Origin: Podarcis pityusensis
Taxonomy: Eukaryota
Length of the DNA: 64,000 nucleotides
Assembly (NCBI GenBank): GCA_964106645.2
Contig: OZ067038.1
Reading direction: 5' to 3' (one strand)
A program made the translations under genes and the position numbers. Shown here one piece after another: positions 12,514 through 25,044 of the stretch. The first letter of the stretch is position 1. Every line of letters starts with the position of its first letter. The notes beneath the pieces were generated by a model. That model was given only the letters and a program-made list of their open reading frames with translations. It ran no database searches and was not told the origin of the DNA.

Positions 12514-12557
12514 CAAAATCAAATCAAATATCTTTAATACGGTCAATGACCAGGAAG
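12514..12557 (-). mobile_element. 44-bp extreme 5'-truncated LINE tail (possibly RTE/RTE-X type)
   Basis: Perfect 13-bp TSD AAGTTTGCCGAGT at 12501-12513 and 12558-12570. The insert reads ...CTGGTCATTGACCGTATTAAAGATATTTGATTTGATTTTG on -, i.e. small hairpin, poly(A)-like signal and (ATTTG)n tail. Family assignment is from memory. Confidence 0.65.
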
Positions 12558-12811
12558 AAGTTTGCCGAGTATTAAGTCACCTTTTTGTGCTGCATCTGAA
12601 GATAGGACCACACGCTCTCACTCTTGAAAACAAATGCGCAGAAATCTGTGCTATCTTAGTCCCACCTCCATGGTTGATCTTCTTGAACCTAGGCTGTTTT
12701 TGGGAGAGGGATAGCTGTTGCTTGGTAACAAAGATGACTCAATACAGTTGCACACTCTCTTGACAAATTATTATTATTCCTACCTTAGTGGATAACTTCT
12801 ATTCTCTACAG

Positions 12812-12906
12812 CAGGGGTAGAGAACTTGTGGCCATTTACAGTTCCCATCAGCATGGCCAATAGCAAGTAGTTCAGCAACATGGAGAAAGCTAGTTTCCTC
12901 ACCCCG
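12812..12906. mobile_element. Degenerate hAT-type MITE
   Basis: CAGGGGT...ACCCCG termini, TTCCCATCA core as in 7315-7450, imperfect TSD CTCTACAG/TGCTACAG. Confidence 0.5.
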
Positions 12907-14495
12907 TGCTACAGGTTTGTTGGATCATGCAACCTTAACAAGGCTACAAATGAACACTTGCTTGAGGCTACAAAAGCAGAAATGGTGAGCAGGATCTCCT
13001 ATGGGGCTCTTTGCAATTACTTCTCATTATCTCAGTTTGGCATGGCATTTGGTGGGGAAAGCATCTTTGTACATAGGTCTGCTGTTATAGACTGAGATAC
13101 ATGGGCACATAGGTGTGTACACATACCTGGATAGCAGATAGTGGCTAGATATCCAACTATTGATTCAGAGCTGAGGACAGAGGCAGCCTCTATAGTTTTG
13201 CCATTTGTTAAACAAGCACCTGTAGCAGGGGTATGATCATGGGAGAAATAAATATGGCACATGCAGCACAGCAGAGACAAAGCTGCTATTGTTCCTTGAA
13301 TACTTTTTTTGGTTCCTTGAATACCTTTTTTACAATCAGATAAACATGATGTGAAAACTGCTATATCACCACAACAGATGTGCAGAAGGCGGCATGAATA
13401 ATGTGACAAGGCGAACGTTAGTTTTGCCCTGACAGTGGTCTTCATGCAGGCAGCTGGCACCTGGATTCTGAAGACAACAAATGGGACAGGGCCCTTATGC
13501 CTTCCTGTTTTCTAAACGTCTGCTAGTACTGTATTCCAACCCAAAATTGAAGTTTGAGAGTGAAAGATTTACTTATAATTCTTAAAGAGTCCCCAGCACT
13601 TAGGGAAGAAGGGTTACTTCATGTGAATCCAAGTGAGTGACTTTTTTCTTTATGGAACTGATGGTGGGATAGCCTGCCTTGCTCCTGAATTCAACCAAGC
13701 TGGAGAAATCCACCTAAGAGCTGGCATAGGGAACTGGCTCATTTGTTACTGCCAAGCTTTAAAAAAAATCCTAAAAGATGAGTGAGAAAACCCGCATTTA
13801 AATCTAAATCACAGGCTTGAACAGCCGCAACCTTAATCTGTGAATTTTTCCTCCTTGCTATATGCAGTGCTAGCCTGTTATGATAGAAATGTATCTAACA
13901 GAACAGACTAATGATAGGTTGAAATTGTCCAAGCTAAAGGAAAAACATAGGTTCTACAGCTGGGCTGATGAACAGGCTTCACTATTTTTCTGTTTTCCCT
14001 GCTGTTGCGTTTAAGTTAAAAATAGAACAAAGAGCCATGCTTGGGCCTAAGTCCACTCCAGGCCCTACTTAGCAGCCATTATTCAGGACTGACTCATTGA
14101 CTGATTAGCAACACAGGCAGGAACTCTTCACAAAGGGCGGGGGGAAACATTGGCTACCACTAAAAAAAATAATTGGAGCACCAGGTTGCAAAACTCGTGT
14201 GAACGATGGATGCACAAGTCTTAAGGGCCTCCAGTGCAGTTAGCACTTTGCCTCTGAACCAGTTCAGAATGTTGCTGCTGTTGTCCAAAGTCTCTTGTTC
14301 AAACTCAGTAGTGCTTAGTCTAGAAGAGAGGACTTCTCTGCCCCACCTTCCCCCCCCCCAAAAAAAAGAGGTGTGTGTACTCATGCTTATTCCAGATGTT
14401 CTGGTTTGCTTGAAAACAATATATTGTGAACTTGAAGACAAGTCATAACATGGAAAAACTATTTTAAAAATCCAAAATGTCTAAGCAGGGTTGGG

Positions 14496-14514
14496 TAGTG
14501 CCCTCTTGTGGCTG
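14496..14514 (-). promoter_or_regulatory. CTCF-like motif (reverse orientation)
   Basis: Reads GCCACAAGAGGGCACTA on -, one mismatch to CCASYAGRKGGCRS. Confidence 0.45.
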
Positions 14515-15867
14515 CAGCAGTCTCTGCCTTCATCTTCCTTTGGTAAGGGAAGTCTCTCTGCAAGTTGTCTCCTGTTCCACTTTCTATGTAAACATTTGTG
14601 AGGAGGACTGACAGGGCACGGAGAAGTTAAATTTGCACTTTGGTCCTAGCCCTGTGAGAGCATTTCTTGCTCAAAGCTTAAAGGAACGAATTGTAAGGAG
14701 CACCTCTTGCTTTCAAGGGAGCTGATATGTAGGAGAACGTCATGGCACGCAGTGTGCTTATTAAGAGAAGGCAAATGTAACGACACTTCCAGCTGGTTCT
14801 GCAAAAGTAGAAGCTAGCTTACTAAGCAAGCAATGCTAATTAAATACTAGCTAAAACACTCCTGTGATACATAAAATCCTTCAGTGAGCACAGCAAGAAT
14901 TCTAAAGTTATATCTTTTCATTTAAACTACCAGGATATTTCTGTTAACCTAAACACATTCTCTGGACGTTTAGTGGCAAAGTCCCCCCCCCCTTTTTTTA
15001 GCTAACTAAGACAGTAAACCTGCACCTGGAATATCCCACGTCAGCCACAAAGACAGACTTACATGCTGGAACTCCTCCATAGGAAAAAGTTGCACAGATG
15101 GAGGGAAAGATTGTAACCTAGCCTTCTTCCCAACTTCCTGGTTTCTGTGCAGTGAATTAAACCACCCGCTATGTCTGAACTGCAGGCACAGCAGTGGTTG
15201 GTTGTGGCAAATAGGCCTACATTAAACTCAAGGATTTATTTTTTTGAAGTACCCTATCCTTAGAACCAAATATTCCATTCAACACAAGTATCTGATGATT
15301 GCTGTTTTGAGAATCTCTCAAAAAAGATTTCAGTCTCCCCAAGCAGCTTAGTGTGTTTCAAACACCTGTGTCCTTCCTCTCAGATTGCTTCCACGTGGTT
15401 ACTCTCTCACATAGCAAGCCATTCAGAGGCAAATACCTGCTTGCGGAGCCTCCTCTGTGGTTCACACCCACACTTTAAAAAGCTGTCAGCACAAATGGCG
15501 ACAGTGTGAAGACACCCACACTGTGAGCACAGAAATGTCTCAAAGCATTTCAAAAGCAGCCTTCATCGATGGCACTTGAAATATGCAAACTTCCAAGGTT
15601 CACAAGGCGCTGCATCAAGCTGCAGAAAAAGAGCAGCAATGGCAGTGATTTTCACAGCCCATTCAGTAATATAAACATTGCAGTTGCTGTTTCCCCACTG
15701 CACTTGCATACAGTTCCAGTAACTTAAAACTGAGGGAAAAAGAGATGCATTATTTAACTGATTTTGATTTTCGTCGTTTGAGACCAGCATAGCAACCAAT
15801 AACACAATATGCATCTTCAGGGACCTGGCATGTTATGCACATCTTTTGCATTGGCTACTATTGCCTA

Positions 15868-16557
15868 AGAACATGAGACCAGACCTGCTGTATCAGACAT
15901 GAGGACTATCAAGTCCAGCACCCTCCTCTCGCAATGGTCAACCAGATGAAGAAGAGGAGTTTGGATTTGATATCCCGCTTTATCACTACCCGAAGGAGTC
16001 TCAAAGCGGCTAACAATCTCCTTTCCCTTCCTCCCCCACAACAAACACTCTGTGAGGTGAGTGGGGCTGAGAGACTTCAGAGAAGTGTGACTGGCCCAAG
16101 GTCACCCAGCAGCTGCATGTGGAAGAGCAGAGAAGTGAACCTGGTTCACCAGATTACGAGATTACCACTCTTAACCACCACACCACACTGGCTCTCTTGT
16201 AGATGCCTACAAGAAACCTAGAAGCAGCACAGGAACCCAGTAGCACTCTCCGCACTGCTGCTCCCCATTAAGTAGTATTCAGAGGCATAACGTCACCAAT
16301 ATTGGTAATAGTACACAGCTATCATGGCATTAATAGCTTTATCCTCGATGAAATTGCCCAGCTCCCTTTTAAAGCCATCAGTCTTGCTGACCATTGCTAA
16401 CAATACCTTGGGGTAGTGGATTCCGTTTATGTCCTTTTGTCTTGAATCTTCCCATATTCCGTTTCATTGGATGATCTCATGTTCTAGTATTAACAAGGGA
16501 GAAAAAACTTACTCACTTTCTCCCTGCCATGCATAATTTTATAGACCTCTACATATC
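15868..16557 (-). mobile_element. Old CR1 LINE 3' fragment interrupted by a SINE
   Basis: Reverse complement of a CR1 ORF2 end and 3'UTR (ATCCAATGAAA, TCTAGTATT, CATGCATAATTTTATAGACCTCT motifs), similar to the + copy at 25045-25330. Confidence 0.65.
15949..16200 (-). mobile_element. tRNA/CORE SINE (Squam3-like), full length
   Basis: tRNA-like head (TGGTGTGGTGG box A, GGTTCAC box B), CORE-like GGGTGACCTTGGGC, (CTT)n tail, flanked by AGATG on both sides. Nearly identical to 59975-60263. Confidence 0.88.
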
Positions 16558-19500
16558 AGCAACAAAGAGCAAAGCTGGAATTAGCTGCTTATGGAAGAAA
16601 ACACAAAATCCATCTGAGATGCATGTGATTGACATCTGATCTGCACAGTAGAGGGGAATAATCTGTAAAACTGAAGAATTTGCAAATTATTGCCATCCTT
16701 GTAAATTATTGCCGTACTTTAAGTAGCGTTCTACCTTTTCAGAACCAAAAGCTCAATTGTGCATTTAGGGGCCCATTCCTTTGTCTTTTTAAAGCTTATA
16801 TATATGTGGTTCTGTTGTGACCCAACTTCAGTCAGGCTGTTATGCGGGAGCGAGTCATGACCCATGATTTGCAGACAATTGTTTTAGTTTATCGGGTCAC
16901 AGGCCACAGCCTACAACTATTGCATATTCTTAGCGTGAAGTACTATAGAAGCAGAAAACTAGAATTTGCCTGCCATTAGCCCAGAAAGGATACTAACCAT
17001 CCAGGAGGACACACACACAAAAAAAACTTATAGTACTGTCCACATGAAGGCAACTCCAAAGTTCTGGCACCATCCCAGCAAAAGATTACCTGAAATCATT
17101 GCTCCCCAGCTACTACAGAGTGTCTCCAAGCAAAATACATCCTTAGCCAAGGGAATAGTGCTGACAAGCCGTGATCTAGCAGTGTTCCATGTTGGATACA
17201 AATATTACCTTTCAGGCTTGGCATACCTGGTGCTGTAATAGTTAGGCCAAATTTCTTCTGAGTAAGATTCATAGGATGAACAATGGTGAATAACTTCTAG
17301 TTCCCCTCCTCTCCACATCTAACGTCTTCCAGGAGCCATAGGAAGAGGCTCAGTGTCCATGGGAATTCTTGGTGCTCTCTAGCTGAGTGGCTTAGCCCAG
17401 CCCAGCCCAAGAGCTCAGCACAAGAAGGGATGTGAGAAATAAATCCACACATGTCGAATTACAGAATCAATTTGCAGCCGTTTGTGCTAAAATTTAACTG
17501 TTGTTACAACCATGTAAAACACAGCATTTGAACACTGTACAGTCCTTCTGGATCAGAATAAAAAAAGTGAATGGTTTTTGTTTTGCCCTCCCACCTGCCC
17601 ACCCCAAGCATATACATAAAAAGGCATGAAAGCAATAATACAATACACGGAGTTACAGAGGAAGCTCTCAAGAAGTGTAAACAAGAATAGCAATTAAAAT
17701 GTAATAATAAAAAAAGACAATGGCAGCAGAGCGATCAAAGTGCACAAAAGGACCAATCTACTGAACTGCAGAGGTTACAAGTTTCAACAATGGAAGAGTT
17801 TCCAGAACCTCCATGCTGAATTTCTGCCACATGGCTGTACTGTTTCTGCTCAAAAGTGTTGGATCTGATCCAACCCCTAGCTGAACATTAAAACTAAATA
17901 CATCTCGGCTACATGCACACCATTTGGGGATTGGGGTGGGGGGAGGGAGTATTTTCCTGAGTTCCTAAAGAAATACCGGCTCCATTCCCCTTTACTTAGG
18001 AGCCATTCATTGTTTGCTATATAGCAGGTGAAGTTGCTGTTTGCCTACTTGCACAAGTAAGCGTCTTTACACTGAATATTCCACAGCCCCCACCAAGCAC
18101 ACACATTATTTTCAAGGGAGATATTGTACTTGTCCTGTCTTGACTTACAGTGGGCACGCTCCTATAGCAAAAGGTGGCAAACCTGAATAGTAAATAATGG
18201 CATCAAAAGAAAAATACCACTAGCAAATCTCTCTAGAGCTCACTTTGCAACTAGAGGTGGTAAATGCATTGTTGTCCCAAAGTAGGAAGCATTAAGCTTA
18301 AAAAACATCATGTAAAATAGTGCCTAAACTAGATACCATTGAAATCCAAGTAGCTTTCTGCATATGGCAGTCTAGTTTGTACAAGGGCATCCCTAATGTT
18401 GCTAGAATACTGGACAAAAGTTGCTCCTTTTCTAACTCCTCACTAGTCCTCTCCAGCTGAGAGAACCTAAAAAACAGATGGTGTGATGAAAAACTACTAT
18501 CTCGGTTAAATACCCTCTCTTACCTTTCCACGTACTAGTCCCTCTTGCATCCTGTTTGGAGTCTGTTTTACACTCTTGCATTATCTAATCCTCTTTTTTT
18601 GCTGCAGGCATCCAGATGAATTCTTTAGCATTCTGGTCCACTTCCATAATGTCTCAAAGGTCTTTCATCAGGAAATTTAATTGTGCTGTTAGAGCAGAAT
18701 CAAATTGGTTTCCTATCTGCACATGACACTGAACTAAAATTTAGGGTGGAGAATTTCAGGCATACGCACCAAGGTAATCTCTCTTATGCCCCTTGTCACT
18801 CTCACATTTGCTTTGGTCCCAGTGCCATTTCCAAGAGTGAGGTTGCTCGGATTTGAGGGAATTTCAGGGGGTGGGGGAGTAAATCAGCAAGGGAAACCAA
18901 GTACCGTGCCCTCCTTTCTACTGTTCCAGTTTGAAACAGCAGCTTCCAAACTAGAATTGGAACAGGCCACTGGCAGAGAAGAATGTTTGCATGAGCTTGA
19001 CAACAAAGTCCCTCAACAAAGAGATTTAGACAATAACTGCAGATAAAGAATGCTTCCACCTGGGTTTTAACATGAGAATGCTGCACACAGGGAATGTTGC
19101 ACATACGAACATCAGAGATCCTACTGGGTAGGCATTGTTTATCAGTTTTTACCTGGGTGGCTGTACTGCCTAGGGAAATCGTATATTTTAAATACATCTA
19201 ACATTAATTACTATTTCATCCAGGTTTTACTAATACCTGCACAACTGTTATTATCTGAATGCCTTTTCAAAGTACAATATGCACTGTGACCAACTCCTAT
19301 ATGTAAAGTTACATTTTACATTTCTAATGTAAATAAGACAGTTACACCTCTAACGCATAAACAAGATGGGTGGATCGCCTGCCTTATCCTCTAGGTATCT
19401 ACCTAACTTTGGGTAGAACCAGAGAGTTGATTTATACATTTTTCTAGTAACCTTACACATGGTTAATGTCTGCTGCAACTCCTCACAGAGGTTCCCCCCC

Positions 19501-20571
19501 TTGCAGTGATCTGTGGGTTGCTCAAGTTATTGGCTTGAGAAGTGTCATGCCTTAAGAAGGTAATACAAAGTCTGCTCCTCTTTGGGGATTTGCCCCTTTT
19601 AAGAAGCACGCTGATTAAATAAAACTCTAGACATTTCTCAGATTTTGCTGTGTTTCAAGGAGAGTAGCCCAGCAAAGAATCCTGCATCTTTTGATCAATT
19701 GCATGGAGAAAAATGACTTGTCCTCCTTGGTTCACAGCAAATCAGGCCATGATACTGTCATTTTTGGAACTCCTTTACCCTTAACTCACATTTGTACTCC
19801 CTCCCATTGTACGGAAAAATTGAAAGTGTTAGAGCTTTCCTGCAAGGTCAGTTTAGTGAGTCGTACATGCATTGCAATTCTTTTTTTCTTCTGAAGATGC
19901 AAACAATCTGATCAGCATATGCAATTAATATAAAGGCAAAAAGTAACCCAATATTCTTAAGGAAGCCCTTAAGAGAAGCAGCTCATTGCCACGGGCTTAT
20001 GACCAGAGGGGGCCGGGGGGGGGGGCAGAGGGACCATGAATGCCCCAGTATGAGAAAAGGAAAGGCTCCAAAAGAAACAGCTGGAAAGCCAATGGGCTGG
20101 AGGAAAGTGACTAGTTCGTAGAGTATATTTGGTCCAGAGCCTGCTCTGCTACAGTTCATTTTGTTTCAAAGTGTCCCTTGGTTCCTGTGCAGTTCTTTGG
20201 GAGTCTGCAGTAGACAGGGGCACAAAAAAGCTAGGACAACGAAACAACAACAGCCAGCTTGGTTCTGCTGTTTGAAAAAGGACATGCACACAGATAGGCA
20301 CCGAGGCTCATCATCGTACCAGTCTATTACTGAACCATATAGTGCTCCAGAAATTAAACAGCTGATTTTGAGACCACATGTTATAGCACTGCTCAGACAC
20401 CTGCGGCCCAGGAAACAGATGAACATTTTGAAGCCAGGAGTTGTACAAGGAAGAGTGTGGCATGCATTAATAATATTTTTTGAAAAATAATCTTAAACTT
20501 TAATTGGGCCACAGTCCTGCTCTCTGGCTGTCTGGTAGCCAAAGATCTAATTGAGGCAACACCTGCTGTTT

Positions 20572-20587
20572 CCACTAGGGCGCAGTG
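20572..20587 (+). promoter_or_regulatory. CTCF-like motif (forward orientation)
   Basis: CCACTAGGGCGCAGTG, one mismatch to CCACTAGGGGGCAGTG, preceded by CTGCTGTTT resembling the upstream CTCF module. Confidence 0.5.
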
Positions 20588-21862
20588 CTCTAAAGCTCAG
20601 CAGGGGCCCGGAATGCCGCCTTTCCTTAAGGTAACTATTGGCTGTCCTACTGCAATTAGCTAGAGCATATATTGTCCATTAGCAATTCTTTTTGTGGAAA
20701 ATGTGCGTCACAAGTTCAAGGCATGTAGGTGCTAACTGGGATGTGCATTTGACAGCTGTGAAATATTTCTGGATAAGCACCTTTAAAACGAATGTATTGC
20801 ATGATGACCTTAATTCTGATCGTACCTTATTAGACTGAAAATGGAGGTACAAATAAAAAAATATACAGAAATTGGAAGATCAGACTGGTAGAATGAACAC
20901 ATATTTGACTAAACAGGATCCCATCTTTTTCCTATTAACCTTTGCTCCAACTACAGCAAACAGGAGTCTTGTGCGCATTGAGGGAAATCTAACCTAGATC
21001 AATAGTTTTTCAACACTTTTCTTTCTGTTCTAGAAGCCAATGAGCAAAATGAAGACTTATCAGTCATTACCCTTGAAATACTATCCTGGAATGACTGATA
21101 TACACAAACATTTTTCAACAATTGTGCAGCAGTTAGGGAAGTAAAATGTAAAATTCCACACAAGCACAATCTTTGTCTTCCCCCATCGCCATTCTTCTTT
21201 TCCTTCAAGAACACTGCAAGAACTAACTAATCATTAGGCCTCACACCACCCCATGAGGTAAGAATTAAGGATTATTATTCCCTCTTCCCCATCTCACCAA
21301 AGGAAGAGGCAGACAAGAAGTTATACAAGCCCCTAAAATCATAAACAAAGCTACTGTAACATTAGAAGAATTCCTGGCTCCCAGGGCTAAACAAGTAACC
21401 TCTCCTTGTGGTTAGCAAAGGGAAGTTAGGATTGCCAGCTGCAGACTGCTTGCTTGGCTCCCTCACTTCTAGATAAAAATATTAAAAAGCAATAGACCAT
21501 TCAAACAAGCAACTGTGCACTATCCAGTCCTTCACTTCAAACCAGACATCTGTTTAAGGAGGCATTTCTTGGCCCCAGGAGTGAAAACTAGATAACCCAT
21601 TGAAAAGGCTGGGGGCAAATACTGATGGACAACAGCTCTGGAAAGAAGGTCAGGCATGAAGTATAAGCTTGTATTTGAAGAACCAGGCCTTAGGAAAGCT
21701 CCCTTCTAAAGCTATAGTTTTTAGGACTATACGCGTTCTTAAAGCACACCTTACGTTCCTAGAAAAGGCTATCTTCTAAAGCTATGTTTTTTGCCTTGGC
21801 CACTTTGCATTTTGTTGACAGACAAATGGGCAAAGAATGGCATCAAGGATCTAGGAAAGTAA

Positions 21863-21950
21863 AGGCTGCAATCCTATGCACACTTACTTAGCAGTAAGCT
21901 CCAATGAACTCAGTGGGCTTATGTCTGTGTAAACATTCACAAGAATTGTG
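21863..21950. mobile_element. Short palindromic DNA-transposon-derived repeat
   Basis: GGCTGCAATCCTATGCACACTTAC...GTAAGCTCCAATGAACTCAGTGGGCTTA...GTAAACATTCACAAGAATTGTG imperfect palindrome. A related remnant lies near 41860-41940. Confidence 0.55.
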
Positions 21951-23029
21951 ATGACTTCTCCTATCGTCTCCAACATGCTTTCCACAAGGCTAGGCTGGAA
22001 ATGGTATCCTTAGTGTCAATTCCACGGGACTCTTCTTAGGACAGCCTAAGAATAACAGAGCAGTTCTAGTTTTTGCACAAGTGCACAGCTCCTCTTTACA
22101 GAAGCTTTTTTGAGTCACTTGCATGGTTGTGAGCCAGCTCACTTCCAGAATCTGCACAGGAAAAATACAGAGGGAGAGCTGGGTAGACAGACCCTCCTAC
22201 AGTTCTACTGTCTGCCACAGTCACGCCTCCTGGTGATGCGAGTGGTCCAAGGACATGAACCCATCCCTGGTGAGCTGCATGAAATCCAGCCCACCACCTT
22301 GGCTTCTTTCAGAAACTACTCTTGCAGCACATTACACAGTCCAACTGAACAGAAAAGCATTCCTCTGCATGAAATATTTTTACTAATCTTTGAGAATCCT
22401 CATCAGTGCAAACAAGTGAGGGAACTAAAGAACAGGCATGCTGAGTCGCCTGGTTTCACTGTAAGAGAACACACACATGAACAATGTGTGCTGGATATTG
22501 CATAGATGCTGTAAAAGCTAACTTTCCTGACATGAATCATCCACTGCTTAATTTACAGGACTACACTGGCTGCTAGACTGAAACAGAAGAGCCGCACCAC
22601 TATTGCTACTGAAAAGATGTGCTACTGGCCCAAACCTACAGCTGAGTGGTCCGTCTGCTTCCTTAAATGACTCCTTCCACCTCCCTGGTGTTCTAATGCT
22701 CACCTTAAATTTTCAGTTGTAAGGGTTTGGAAAGAAATAGTTCAAATGGTTTTGTCAGGTTAAATCTGTTAGACATCTACTCGGGTGTGAAAGAGGAGAT
22801 GAAAAGCCGGATTCAAAAGCACTTTGGGAGCTGTCTTAAGAGGAGAACCCAAATTTGTAAAGAATCCATCTACAGGCATTGTCTACTAGCCTGTATTCTA
22901 AGCTCCATCCTGAATTATTGGCATACAGTATGACTGGCAATGCAGTTGCCTCCTTAGGCTGTGATTTCTCATTCCAAACCTCTCATGAATAAGCGCTGTG
23001 AAACCTTAATCTCCTCATTCTCAGCTCTA

Positions 23030-24708
23030 CTAGAATGTGACTGACTTAGACATTTGCACCATGGGAGGGCAGCCGGGGTAGAAATTGTTATCAGAATGAG
23101 TTTTGAAAACCTTGGGTGGGATTTTTGGCTTTGGCCTTTGAAGGGCAGGTGAACCACTCAAAGTGTTCCGTGACTTCTGCTCACAGTCCCTGGCATCCCC
23201 ACCCAGAGTTTCCATAGCTACAGGAGGATGTGTGTCAGCATCACCTGCATCATGGCAGCTGGCTTCTGGCAAGGGCAGAGCCACTTGCTTTTTGCTTGAG
23301 AAGTCTTGCTCAGTAGCATGAGCCAAGTGAAGCGGGGTGGTAGTCTTTACTATTCTGAAGGGGCTGTGCTGCTCCTGCAGCACCGGGGATGAAGTGGGCC
23401 GGGCTTCTGACAGCAACGGCATCTCGGAGTCCAGCTCAGATAAGATTGGCACACTGCCCCCACCAGGGTGGTTCTTGTGAGGATACAGCACCGCAAATGA
23501 AATGGGCTGGCCGTATTCGTTGGGCTGTTGCATCAAATCTACTGTTTCCCAATTTTGCCTCTGCAGATTTTCTAGCTCCCCAACTGATGCAGACTTGGGC
23601 ACTGTACACTTTAACACAGGAGCACAGAGCTCAGTCTGTGGTATTAAAACTGCCAGTTTCTTAGAACCAGGCACCTGTACAGGAGATTTCTCTTCTCCAT
23701 TGTCACCTTCAGACAGGTTATCATACTGAGATGCATTAGAAGGTCGCCGTTGTCCATCCTGAAATGGGAGAAGAAGAGCAGCAAGTGCTTTGGTCGGACA
23801 TGGAGCAGCTGTGCTTTCTGACAAGTCACATGTTGTGGACTGGCTATGTTCTGCCATAGAAGACAAGTCTGGACTTGGAGGCTGGTACAGGTGATCTGGA
23901 AGCAGCACAACATCTTCAGATAATAAATCCTCAGAGGAGCAGGTGATGCTCCCATCTTGAAGAGCTGAATCATTGCACACAGATGATGCCAACTCTGAGG
24001 TTCTTTTCTCTTCAAGAGATGGAAGCAATGGCACTTGGCAGAATATCTCTGACTCCGATACTGTCTCTGTACTATTGGGGGTGATAGACAGGTCTGCTTC
24101 TAAGGTCTGGCTCTGCAAGTGAGACTCCTCCCAGAGAGAGTTGTCCATTGGCAATCCATCTGTCTCACCTTGAAGCCGCTGGGGAGCAGCATGGTCTATA
24201 TCATCTATAAAAAGACAGGGGTTATTTTCCTGTAAACTATACCTCTCTACGCCACTGCTCTCCAATGATTCAGCCACCTTACAGACCATCACCACATCCT
24301 GACTTTCTCCAATGACCTCAATATCATCCAGCATTATAGGACCATCCTCCAATGGGATTTCATTGGCATTTTCTTCTACTTGTTTCTCTTCCATTTCAAA
24401 CTTTTGGCTTGGCTGATGATGATTCTGGAATGGATTTTGGTGCACATCAGCTGGTTCAGCTTGGATGGGTGGTCCATTGGGTGGTGGAACAGAGACTATC
24501 TCATGCATTGCCTTATTTGAATTAACTCTTGTTTCGTTCAAGTAAGTAGGACTTTTATCTGGAGAAGGTTGCATTACAACATCTCTGTCATGGTTGAGAT
24601 CCCCGGCCGCCTTTTTCTGGCCGTTAGCTGCAACATTAGGCTTCACTGACACCGGATTGAGAGAGAGCTCCAGCCCCAGAGGTTTCTTGGGGAATTCTTC
24701 AGATTTTG
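23030..24708 (-). CDS. TBC Rab-GAP coding exon 13 (long disordered C-terminus, stop TAG)
   Basis: ttttcattacag|CA AAA TCT GAA: (A)KSEEFPKKPLGLE... as in USP6NL KEDEYPKKPLG. Contains RRPSNASQYDNL and ends MSKSVTF*. This is the 565-aa ORF in the track. Confidence 0.93.
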
Positions 24709-25044
24709 CTGTAATGAAAAGCCACACATTAGTTTCTTATTTTGAATCCAAGTGCAACAATGAAGGGCAGCTGAAAGGAACCCATACTTTCTGTAGCCCA
24801 ATTTAATAAGTGGTCAGGAAAGGAACAACAGCCTGTCAGTCTAGTGCATCTAATTCATATATATTCTCCCCCCCCCCCAAAAAAAAATATTCATGGTGAT
24901 ATTTGCAGCTCTCACCTCATCTGATTTAAATGGGGTTCTTTTTTTAATCCTGCATTAACATTCACGCACATATGCAAACAGCTCAAGTAGGGCTCAGAAG
25001 GTATTTTGAGTGACATACGTGAGAATGCCTTATAGACACACAAT

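Noticed and set aside
24709-24727. Start of the 565-aa ORF as a single-exon gene
   Set aside because: The first codons are intronic. The ORF is the last exon of the TBC gene, entered at 24708.
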